A stretch of 32,000 nt of DNA, from the NCBI RefSeq assembly GCF_900079115.1, contig NZ_LT549890.1, positions 150,001 to 182,000 on the forward strand, in the 5' to 3' direction. The number at the start of each line of letters is the position of its first letter. Within the stretch, counting starts at the first letter, position 1. The translations under genes and the position numbers were made by a program. The notes beneath the pieces were generated by a model. That model searched no databases. It saw only the letters and a list, made by a program, of their open reading frames with translations, and was not told where the DNA came from. Origin of the DNA: Saccharolobus solfataricus. GTDB taxonomy: Archaea; Thermoproteota; Thermoprotei_A; Sulfolobales; Sulfolobaceae. This document shows, one piece after another, positions 10,940 through 18,921 of this stretch.

Positions 10940-12058
10940 ATGATAATCATTGTTGGTGCCGGTTCCCATGGTTTAAGTTTAGCATATCATTTAGTAAAAA
11001 AGGGCTATAGTAAAAAAGATATTACACTAGTAGAATGGAAAAGAATCGGTTATGGGTCGAGCAGTAGAAACGCAGCTAGATACAGATATCATTTTTACAG
11101 CAAGGAAAATGTGGAGTACGCTATAAATGCGATAAGTTATCTAAAGAAACAATCAAAGGAACTTGAGTATAATTCATTATTATTAAGAACTGGATATTTA
11201 TGGGTCATTAACGGAGAACAAGAGTATAGTCTATTTAAAAAACTAGACAGTTTTTGGAGCTCATATAATATAGGAGGGAAATTTATAGAATGTAAGGATA
11301 ATTACGCTTACATAAAATTTGAAGGACAATGCTATTTGGCGCCTCAAGATGGCGCATTTCATCACGATTATATACTGTACAGTTACTATTATTCGATTAA
11401 GGATAAAGTTTCTACAATTTATGATAAAGTGGTCTCTCTAATAAAAGATGATAGCAAGATAAAAGGTGTAAAACTAAGTAGCGGAAAAGAACTATATGGG
11501 GACAAGGTTATAGTTACTGCAGGAGCTTGGAGCGGCGAAGTGCTATCCAGTATTGGTATAGAGGTACCTATATTTCCAGAGAAGAAAGAGATATATATCA
11601 CGGAACCTTTAAGATATTTCCTCGAACCTTTAATTATAGACTCTAAGCTTCAAATCTATTTCTCACAGACATTGAAAGGAGAGATAATAGGTGGAATAGA
11701 AGATAAAAGGGAATACAAATTTGAGGAGTTCACAATATCCATATCTAATGCGATAAAATTTCTCAAAGGTATAAGAGAATTAATAAAGGGAATAGATGGG
11801 ATAGGAATATTAAGAGGTTGGTCAGGGTATTATGAAATGACTCCAGATAGTTCTCAAATCATGGGATATTCTAATGATTGGCCAGAAGGTTTATTTATTG
11901 ATGCAGGTTATAGTGGTCATGGCATGATGTTTGCCCCTTACTCTGGGAAAATAATGGCTGATCTAATCGCAGACAATTACAAGAATAAATTCATAGATAT
12001 TTTCTCGCCATCCAGATTTAAGTTAAATAAGCTAATTAACGAGACACTAGTAATTTAA
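10940..12058 (+). CDS. FAD-dependent oxidoreductase, DAO family (sarcosine oxidase beta / glycine oxidase-like)
   Basis: N-terminal IIIVGAGSHGLSLAY and C-terminal AGYSGHGMMFAP. The ATG abuts the upstream TAA (TAAATG). Confidence 0.75.
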   Translation: MIIIVGAGSHGLSLAYHLVKKGYSKKDITLVEWKRIGYGSSSRNAARYRYHFYSKENVEYAINAISYLKKQSKELEYNSLLLRTGYLWVINGEQEYSLFKKLDSFWSSYNIGGKFIECKDNYAYIKFEGQCYLAPQDGAFHHDYILYSYYYSIKDKVSTIYDKVVSLIKDDSKIKGVKLSSGKELYGDKVIVTAGAWSGEVLSSIGIEVPIFPEKKEIYITEPLRYFLEPLIIDSKLQIYFSQTLKGEIIGGIEDKREYKFEEFTISISNAIKFLKGIRELIKGIDGIGILRGWSGYYEMTPDSSQIMGYSNDWPEGLFIDAGYSGHGMMFAPYSGKIMADLIADNYKNKFIDIFSPSRFKLNKLINETLVI

Positions 12059-12059
12059 C

Positions 12060-13046
12060 TCATGGCATGCTGATCGCTATTTTACCTAATTTTTTGGAAA
12101 TGTATTCGGCTAATTCTTTACCATAACTTCTCCTTCCTCCATCTGTTATGATATATTTTGCGGAAGTTCTTTCTACATAATATATAAGATCGTCGAAATC
12201 AGCATGATCACTAAAGGATACCGTATATGATTTTTCATCAATTTTCTTCACCACATTCTTAAATTCCCACCCACTTAGCAAGAAATTATAATATTTACCG
12301 TTTCTTCGTTTAAATTCGTTATAATGAGAAAAAGAAATATACCAGCTATCACGCATTATTTCTTTAGCTTCACTTTGGCTTTCATCAAAAACTTGGCTTA
12401 TATTATAACCATACTTTATTGCAATATTAGTCATCTTAGAAATTTTCCCGCCTACTATAAAAGGAGCATCCACACCCATTTTTCTTAAACTAATCATTAC
12501 CTCTTGTAATTTTCCATGATAGCCATAAATTCTCACTGGTCCATACATAAGTGCGTCTCTAACATAGTCTGCAAATAAACTCTCGACATCATCTTTAAAT
12601 GGTCTTCTGAAATCAGGTCTACCATATGTGGCTTCAATTATTAAAATATCTGGATGAAGTATAGGAGTGCCCTTACCTGGATTCTTAAAATCGCCAGTGT
12701 AGCCTATTTCTAAACCGTTTTCAAGTGTAATGAGAACCTGGGCAGAACCTATTACATGATCTGATTTCTTTAGCACAATATTCTCATCCTCAAATGTCAT
12801 TTTTATATCGTAATTTAAACCAAACGCTTTTCTAGGTGGTATGGCGTAGTCTAAACTTAATATATCCAGCGTAATGGGTGTTGCGATTATACCATCAGAA
12901 ATTGAAATACTTTTCTCAAGACCCGTTATATGATCAGCATGAAAATGCGTCACAACCCTAAATGGGCGTTCATGATGTCCATCTATAGTAAATCTTTTAC
13001 CAATTAAAATAGCCCCATTAGGAAGTATCTTTACAAGACTCTGCAC
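12060..13046 (-). CDS. Short beta-CASP metallo-beta-lactamase-fold nuclease (ligase-adjacent)
   Basis: GTG start. MBL motif THFHADHITG, GYTGDF, and the beta-CASP motif-C-like FSDHAD near the C-terminus. 328 aa, located 30 nt downstream of lig on the same strand. Confidence 0.7.
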   Translation of the reverse strand: MQSLVKILPNGAILIGKRFTIDGHHERPFRVVTHFHADHITGLEKSISISDGIIATPITLDILSLDYAIPPRKAFGLNYDIKMTFEDENIVLKKSDHVIGSAQVLITLENGLEIGYTGDFKNPGKGTPILHPDILIIEATYGRPDFRRPFKDDVESLFADYVRDALMYGPVRIYGYHGKLQEVMISLRKMGVDAPFIVGGKISKMTNIAIKYGYNISQVFDESQSEAKEIMRDSWYISFSHYNEFKRRNGKYYNFLLSGWEFKNVVKKIDEKSYTVSFSDHADFDDLIYYVERTSAKYIITDGGRRSYGKELAEYISKKLGKIAISMP

Positions 13047-13076
13047 ATGATAACATATACAAAGCTCCGATATATT

Positions 13077-14882
13077 TTAAACGCTCTCATCTACAGCTGG
13101 TGATTCGATCTTCTTCTTAGGCTGCTTATTGTACATTTCAAGTATCTCATCAGTAGTCGTAGCATCTTCTGGACTCTTATCATCCCTCCATCTTATAAAT
13201 CGAGGAAATCTTATAGATAAACCAGCATCCTTCTCTACTACGTCTTGACAACAAGTATGTAAAGGAGATATCGTTATCTCTGATCCAATTATCTCCGCAA
13301 CATAAACTGGCTCTACCCATATATCTGGTTCCATCTTAGAATTAACCCTAGGATGCTTAACGTCCCTCTTTATTTCCATTAACTTCTTTTGTAACTCATC
13401 AAGCTGTTCATCTGAAAAACCACTAGCTACCTTGCAAACGGATTCAAAAGAATCAGTCTTAGGATTATATGCAGCCATTAATAACGAGCTTATCTTACCG
13501 CCTCTTTTACCCTTACCGTAGAAACCGCCAACCACTACTAAGTCAACTGTATCAGCCATCTCGCTTTGATAATCACGTTTAAGCTTTATCCATAACCAAC
13601 CCCTAGCACCCGCTTGATATATTGCATCTTTTCCGATTGCTTTCACCATCACTCCCTCCCCGCCCTCCGATATGGCTCGATAGAAGAACGATTTAAGATC
13701 CTCTACATTATTAGCTTGAATATGATGAGCTATTTTTACATAATCATTTGGTTTTACAATACTCTCTAGCAATTTTCTTCTAGCTTCTAATGGCTTTGTA
13801 GTATAATCTACATCTTCATAATACATTAGATCGAAGAGAAATACGTTAACTGGGTACTCCTTAATTGCTTCATAAATATCTGACTTTCTCTTTCTGTGCA
13901 TTAACTCTTGAAATGGCCTCATCTCTCCACTTTCTGGATCTATAGCTACTATCTCTCCCTCTATAATGAATTCTTTACCTTCTATGTATTTACTAACATA
14001 ATCAACTACATCTGGATACTGAGAAGTAATGTTCTCTAATCTTCTAGAAAATATGAAAATTTTATCTTCTTTTTTGTGTATTTGTGCTCTCTCTCCATCA
14101 TATTTATAATCAACTATGGCATTCCCACCCATTTTCTTTAATATTTCTTCAGGATTTGATAGCCTTTCAGCTAGCATTGGCCTAATTGGTATTCCAACTT
14201 GAGGCTTTAGAGTCTTTAGCGCTTCAATTCCCTTTTCTACTATAATTTTTGCAATGTTTCCTAGATCTGCCCTAAGATTATAGGCTCTTTCAATTATTTC
14301 CGATGCTGATTGCCCTCCACCAAACGCTATTGCCATAGCATCTAAAACTGTTGCATCTCCTATACCTACTCTAAGCCGACCTTCAACAAATCTGACTAGG
14401 AACTTAGCCTCTAATGGATCTGCCTTTTTTAACAAGCCGGCTAATAATCTTATCTTTAAATCTCTACTACCCTCTCCCGTAGTTAATGCTACCTTAGATA
14501 ATGTAGAGTAAACTTCGTCCACTGTTAAGCTCTCTTTACTTGTGGTACCCAAAAATCCTAAAATTCCTGTACTTTGCTGCTTACTTTTTAGTCTTCGAGC
14601 CACCTCTCCAAGATCTCCTATCGTTTTATACAGATTTTCTACTGAATTTTCATCCGTGTTTGTGGCTATACTGATTGCTTTTATTAGGAATTTCTCTCCG
14701 ATCCCAAGCTCTGGATAACCTAAAAAATCAGGCCACAATTTGCCTTGTATAATATAAACTACTTTATCTATAATTGTCTTGTCACTTTTACTTAAAAGAT
14801 CAGCTAGTAAAGCTGTAAGCTGAAGCCTCGAAGATATTTTCTCCAATTTATCAAAGTACTCGGCAATAACTTTAAACTCCAT
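13077..14882 (-). CDS. lig: ATP-dependent DNA ligase
   Basis: Adenylation motif [20 protein letters not shown], and motif V/VI regions ([27 protein letters not shown]). 601 aa. Confidence 0.95.
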   Translation of the reverse strand: MEFKVIAEYFDKLEKISSRLQLTALLADLLSKSDKTIIDKVVYIIQGKLWPDFLGYPELGIGEKFLIKAISIATNTDENSVENLYKTIGDLGEVARRLKSKQQSTGILGFLGTTSKESLTVDEVYSTLSKVALTTGEGSRDLKIRLLAGLLKKADPLEAKFLVRFVEGRLRVGIGDATVLDAMAIAFGGGQSASEIIERAYNLRADLGNIAKIIVEKGIEALKTLKPQVGIPIRPMLAERLSNPEEILKKMGGNAIVDYKYDGERAQIHKKEDKIFIFSRRLENITSQYPDVVDYVSKYIEGKEFIIEGEIVAIDPESGEMRPFQELMHRKRKSDIYEAIKEYPVNVFLFDLMYYEDVDYTTKPLEARRKLLESIVKPNDYVKIAHHIQANNVEDLKSFFYRAISEGGEGVMVKAIGKDAIYQAGARGWLWIKLKRDYQSEMADTVDLVVVGGFYGKGKRGGKISSLLMAAYNPKTDSFESVCKVASGFSDEQLDELQKKLMEIKRDVKHPRVNSKMEPDIWVEPVYVAEIIGSEITISPLHTCCQDVVEKDAGLSIRFPRFIRWRDDKSPEDATTTDEILEMYNKQPKKKIESPAVDESV

Positions 14883-14923
14883 AGATTAATTTATATTATC
14901 TGCAGTTATTTATAATCATTTCA

Positions 14924-14984
14924 CGATGATGAATACTCGGCAATTACCGATTTCGAATAATGAAGAGTCAGAGTTACTCTGAGT
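14924..14984 (+). ncRNA. Candidate C/D-box sRNA (2'-O-methylation guide)
   Basis: C box ATGATGA at 14926-14932, D'-like CCGA at 14947-14950, C'-like ATGAAGA at 14960-14966, an exact 12-nt spacer, then D box CTGA at 14979-14982. Total about 57 nt. Caveats: the C to D' spacer is 14 nt rather than 12, and the D-guide region folds on itself (TCAGAG-TTA-CTCTGA). Confidence 0.4.
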
Positions 14985-15347
14985 ATATAGATAATCATAT
15001 GGAGCGATTCAGGTCTCCTTTGCGAATTGTAATTTATAAATAATGCAGTTGTAAAATGTTAATATTGATAATCATGTATCTCTGCCAGTTAGTCGCCTTC
15101 ATTTAGTTAATTTCGTAGTAATCTTTAAAATAAAGTGAATTCACAATGGATAACTGAATCTCCCAACCTTGGAGCAGATGATATTAACTATAGATACTTA
15201 GAATAATAATACTACTCAAAAACAATGGTTATATCATTCTGAAAAGATATTTTCGCTCTATACAGTTTCTCATAAATAAAATTGCTGGATAGTCCAATAC
15301 ATGTAGGCAATGTGGTTTTAACCCTTTTCAACTACAATATTTTAGAT

Positions 15348-15902
15348 ATGATTCTATCTGATAGGGATTTGAAGTATTATTTAGAGAAGAGCTGGATAAA
15401 AATCCAGCCTTTAAGGGAGGATACGATAAGGGAAAATGGAGTTGATTTGAGAGTAGGTAATGAAATAGCTAGGTTCAAAAAAACGGATAAGATCTTTGAT
15501 CCTGATAATCCTGATCCTTCGTTCTTCCAAACGGAGAAAGGAGAGGAGTTTATAATCCAACCTTATGAGCATGTACTACTAACGACTGAAGAATATATAG
15601 AGTTAAATAATGATGTAATGGCTTTCGTAAATCTAAGGTCAACATTTGCTAGATTAGGTTTATTTATCCCACCTACAATAGTCGATGCTGGATTTAAAGG
15701 ACAAGTAACAATAGAAGTAGTGGGCTCATCTTTCCCTGTAAAATTAAAGAGAAGCACACGTTTTATTCACTTGATCTTTGCCAGAACGCTCACACCAGTT
15801 GAATATCCGTACCAAGGAAAATATCAAGGGCAAAAAGGCGTTACATTACCCAAATTTAACTCACAAATTTCCAGCTTTTACTATCAGCATCAAAGTATAT
15901 AA
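15348..15902 (+). CDS. dcd: dCTP deaminase (dUTPase-fold)
   Basis: The ATG at 15348 gives the canonical N-terminus [11 protein letters not shown]; the ORF-track TTG at 15282 adds 22 non-conserved residues. Motifs: GVDLRVG and [13 protein letters not shown]. Confidence 0.85.
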   Translation: MILSDRDLKYYLEKSWIKIQPLREDTIRENGVDLRVGNEIARFKKTDKIFDPDNPDPSFFQTEKGEEFIIQPYEHVLLTTEEYIELNNDVMAFVNLRSTFARLGLFIPPTIVDAGFKGQVTIEVVGSSFPVKLKRSTRFIHLIFARTLTPVEYPYQGKYQGQKGVTLPKFNSQISSFYYQHQSI

Positions 15903-16542
15903 CACTATATTGCCTGAGTTTCTGGAATAATTTGTATTCTTGTTTTGTCAGATATTTTTGAACTTCTATCTCATCTGAAGTAGAAATATTGGCAATTTTC
16001 TTCTTAAATTCCTCATAGAAATTAGAATCTATCGCTATCCTCTCTGGATCCGTTGTTATTACTATTGCTCCCTGAGTTTCTAATTTGTCAAAAAATGCAT
16101 CTGGATTGTTTAACTTCAGTTCAGACTCGTATATCACTCCTTGTTCCCTTAGTATATCTATTGCAGTCTTCTTATGTTGAGGTTCAGATTTCACATTGAT
16201 AGATTTGGATTCGAAGCTCTTTTTCTGTTTTTTATTAATATCTTTCATATTGTCTTTACTTTCGCCTAATTTTTCCTCTAATATTTCTATTCTTTCCGTT
16301 AACATAGCTACTTTCTGTTTAATTTCGTCAATTTGAGAAGTAAAAGGATTAATCATGTCTTGCATCTTTTTTTCTATTCTGGATACAACTTGCGCATTAT
16401 CTACTTGAGTCCCGTGAGGATAAGATGAAGAGAAAAGAAGTGATTTAACAAAATCACTTAATAAAACGAAACCTTCTCTTCTCGCTCGTTCTTCTAACTC
16501 CTTATACTCCTCATCTGTTAGCTTTATTGAAATTATCCTCAT
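15856..16542 (-). CDS. Ribbon-helix-helix (CopG-like) N-terminal domain protein with a central coiled coil and an uncharacterised C-terminal domain
   Basis: N-terminal [36 protein letters not shown] fits an RHH beta-alpha-alpha pattern. Heptad-rich segment [22 protein letters not shown], followed by a basic linker. Confidence 0.6.
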   Translation of the reverse strand: MRIISIKLTDEEYKELEERARREGFVLLSDFVKSLLFSSSYPHGTQVDNAQVVSRIEKKMQDMINPFTSQIDEIKQKVAMLTERIEILEEKLGESKDNMKDINKKQKKSFESKSINVKSEPQHKKTAIDILREQGVIYESELKLNNPDAFFDKLETQGAIVITTDPERIAIDSNFYEEFKKKIANISTSDEIEVQKYLTKQEYKLFQKLRQYSVIYFDADSKSWKFVS

Positions 16543-16547
16543 TACTC

Positions 16548-16568
16548 TCTACTATACTATTTAGTAGA
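16548..16568. promoter_or_regulatory. 7-bp inverted repeat TCTACTA-N7-TAGTAGA immediately upstream of the RHH gene (candidate operator)
   Basis: A perfect dyad lies 6-26 nt upstream of the ATG at 16542, inside the 44-nt spacer between the PDO stop and the RHH start. Confidence 0.3.
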
Positions 16569-16586
16569 TACTGTGATAAAAGAGTT

Positions 16587-17288
16587 TTAGCTTATCTTTT
16601 GCTTCTCTAAAATTGCATTTATAAAGTTCTCCTCGTAGGGTACTCCTATAAATTCTATAGATTCATTTATAGCTATAGCTGGTACTGACATTACTTGATA
16701 TTTCTCCGCAATATCTTGATTTTCATAAGCTTCTATCACTTCAGATATAACATTGCACTTCCCTGCTCTGCAAGCCTCAAAAGCAACCATATGCGCCATT
16801 AACGCTGCATATGGACAGTATGGACAAGATGGTGTGACTACCGTTTCTATCTTTACCTTACCATTCAGTTTAGATTTTATAGCTTCTACGGTTTCTTGAC
16901 TTAGACCACTTTCACCTTGTGAAAGCCTTACTATAGTCTCAACTAATGCTCTTATTTCCTCACCTAAAGGAGCTCCAGTCCATCTAATATACCCATTATA
17001 AAATGCCACAGTAGGAACTCTTTCCACGTTAAACTCTTCGAAAATTTTTCTGCTATTTTCATTTGCTCTATCCACTATATGAACCTTTAATAAACTACCA
17101 TTACTATCTTTTGGTGCAGCACTAGCCATGAATTCCAGAAATTTAGTAGTAACACCGCAATATTGGCAATTAGAGTCTGTATTGTCTACGAAAACATAAA
17201 CATCTACTGGATTTTTCATATCTTTTAATGCGTCTTGTAACGCATTCTTAACTTCATCACTAAATAGTTCGGCATATTCTTGTTCCAT
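16587..17288 (-). CDS. pdo: Protein disulfide oxidoreductase (two thioredoxin folds)
   Basis: Two CXXC sites, CQYC and CPYC, in tandem thioredoxin-like halves. 233 aa, typical of archaeal PDO. Confidence 0.85.
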   Translation of the reverse strand: MEQEYAELFSDEVKNALQDALKDMKNPVDVYVFVDNTDSNCQYCGVTTKFLEFMASAAPKDSNGSLLKVHIVDRANENSRKIFEEFNVERVPTVAFYNGYIRWTGAPLGEEIRALVETIVRLSQGESGLSQETVEAIKSKLNGKVKIETVVTPSCPYCPYAALMAHMVAFEACRAGKCNVISEVIEAYENQDIAEKYQVMSVPAIAINESIEFIGVPYEENFINAILEKQKIS

Positions 17289-17482
17289 TCTTTAACACCG
17301 TATATACAACATCTCACTGCTAGCATAAAAAAGTATTTCTGAACTTTTTATCTAAATCTCGTTCGTCCTACTTTATAATTATTATGTTTTTTAAGTATTT
17401 ATTTAGGAATAAAGAGTTTTATTTCCAAGAGTTACCGTATGTACGTCATTATAAAAGTCAGTCCTCTTAGCTGATAATACCT

Positions 17483-18166
17483 TCATAAATTATTTATTAA
17501 TTCATTTAGCTTACATTTAATATCGCTAGGCTTTATTACAATAATATCACTTCCATTTGGTTTAGTTTCTTTAAATATTATTCCATGAAATCTTTTAATT
17601 CTAACAGAGCTATCTAACCAACAATCTGGTTCTAAAGAAGCCTTAATGCAAGTTTCCGCTAGGAACGTTTCTTCATCCCAGCAATATTCCATAGGAACTT
17701 GAGGTAATAAAAGGCCGCTGTGGAGAATCCCTTTCTCAACTATTAAACCATCTTCCCCAACTTTTATAATCTTGGGTAAATCCCACCTATCTTTTACCTT
17801 TATTTCTTCTGGTTTTGTTAACACTGTAACCTCGATAATTATATTCGCTAATTCATCTTCTTGCAGCGGATTAAATCTTGGATCTGAAAAAGCGGCAGCT
17901 TTGGCTGCAGACGCAGCTATCTGCTTCAAAGGAGCAACTGCCTCAACATAGCCTATACAGCCTCTTAAAGAACTCGTATTATACGCAATTTTCTCTAGCG
18001 TCACAAAGGCTAGACCTTTTTTATCTAAAATGGGATTATCGTACTTACTCAAATCCAACTTGTCTAACTTGAATTCTTCCTTAATGGATTTTCTAGCTAT
18101 TTCTATTAGTAACCGTCCTATCTCTTCGTTTAACTCCTGTATCTGTACCAGTTCCTCTTGAATCAT
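17483..18166 (-). CDS. AMMECR1-domain protein
   Basis: Hallmark LRGCIGY motif with downstream PRF and LLLPQV segments. Confidence 0.85.
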   Translation of the reverse strand: MIQEELVQIQELNEEIGRLLIEIARKSIKEEFKLDKLDLSKYDNPILDKKGLAFVTLEKIAYNTSSLRGCIGYVEAVAPLKQIAASAAKAAAFSDPRFNPLQEDELANIIIEVTVLTKPEEIKVKDRWDLPKIIKVGEDGLIVEKGILHSGLLLPQVPMEYCWDEETFLAETCIKASLEPDCWLDSSVRIKRFHGIIFKETKPNGSDIIVIKPSDIKCKLNELINNL

Positions 18167-18623
18167 TTTTAGTTTCCAATTTTACTAACTCAGAATTAGC
18201 TTTAATTATTATCTCTTCAATTGTTCTCCAATGCCTACCTTTCCAATATTCTTTCTTACATTTAGGGCATAACCACATACTTTCAGACAGTTTACTCAAA
18301 ACTGAGTTACATTGAGGACATCTAGTGGCGTTTATATTTACAGATAAATCTATTTTAGACCTAAGTGCGATAAAAGCTAAATCTTGTATTATGTTGGAAT
18401 CTGGTGAAAGTAGGATACAATTTAATCCTCTTTTTAGAGAACGATAGTAAATACCCCTATCTCTAGTTATAATTATTCTTTTTTGAGTCTCAGCAATCTT
18501 CAGAATCTTCCAGTCTTCGAAATCATTGCTATAGAGTGTATCATAACCCATTATTCTCAGCCATCTCGCAATCTTACCAAGCATACTATCTACGACGAAT
18601 TTTTGTGTTAGCATTGTTCTCAT
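18093..18623 (-). CDS. Mut7-C (DUF82) PIN-like RNase-domain protein with a C-terminal zinc ribbon
   Basis: N-terminal [21 protein letters not shown] and IITRD, then CPQCNS...[14 protein letters not shown]. The 3' tail overlaps AMMECR1 by 74 nt. Confidence 0.75.
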   Translation of the reverse strand: MRTMLTQKFVVDSMLGKIARWLRIMGYDTLYSNDFEDWKILKIAETQKRIIITRDRGIYYRSLKRGLNCILLSPDSNIIQDLAFIALRSKIDLSVNINATRCPQCNSVLSKLSESMWLCPKCKKEYWKGRHWRTIEEIIIKANSELVKLETKNDSRGTGTDTGVKRRDRTVTNRNS

Positions 18624-18871
18624 CTCAACCCAAGATTATAGATTAATAATAAACTAACAAACCATGAAGAAAGATATATCCCAGCACCTTTGCCAAAGAT
18701 ATTTCTTGCCTTTCTTTCTCTAAATAAGAAAAGTGAAATCATAGCTGAGAATACATACAAGGAGATTACTACTGCAAGTACATAAATTGATGAATAAAAT
18801 AGTGTTGAGATAGCTCCAGCTATAACTCCCACAATGCCTCGCATAATTAATATTTTATCTTCTACTTCCAC
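18620..18871 (-). CDS. Small integral membrane protein (three hydrophobic segments)
   Basis: Hydrophobic stretches GIVGVIAGAISTLFYSSIYVLAVVISLYVFSAMISLFLF and IYLSSWFVSLLLIY. Its stop overlaps the Mut7-C start (ATGA). Start is GTG at 18871 or ATG at 18844. Confidence 0.6.
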   Translation of the reverse strand: MEVEDKILIMRGIVGVIAGAISTLFYSSIYVLAVVISLYVFSAMISLFLFRERKARNIFGKGAGIYLSSWFVSLLLIYNLGLR

Positions 18872-18921
18872 ATTTCTAATGAATGAGTTCTCAGAATATA
18901 AAATTACAGAGAAAAAACAGT

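Noticed and set aside
14968-14982. Hairpin TCAGAG-TTA-CTCTGA considered as a stand-alone terminator or protein-binding palindrome.
   Set aside because: It is not followed by a T-tract and lies upstream of, not downstream of, both flanking genes. It is kept only as a caveat on the C/D sRNA call.
15282-15347. ORF-track TTG start for dcd, and similarly the TTG at 3796 for hemB and the TTG at 24638 for mat.
   Set aside because: The downstream ATGs (15348, 3811 and 24620) give the conserved family N-termini [21 protein letters not shown] and [10 protein letters not shown]. The extensions encode non-conserved residues.
14883-15347. Possibility that the long AT-rich lig/dcd spacer is a replication origin or a decayed mobile element or MITE.
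   Set aside because: There is no adjacent cdc6/orc1 or whiP gene. I could find no long dyad or origin-box-like repeats flanking an unwinding element, no terminal inverted repeats or target-site duplications, and no transposase remnant in any frame.
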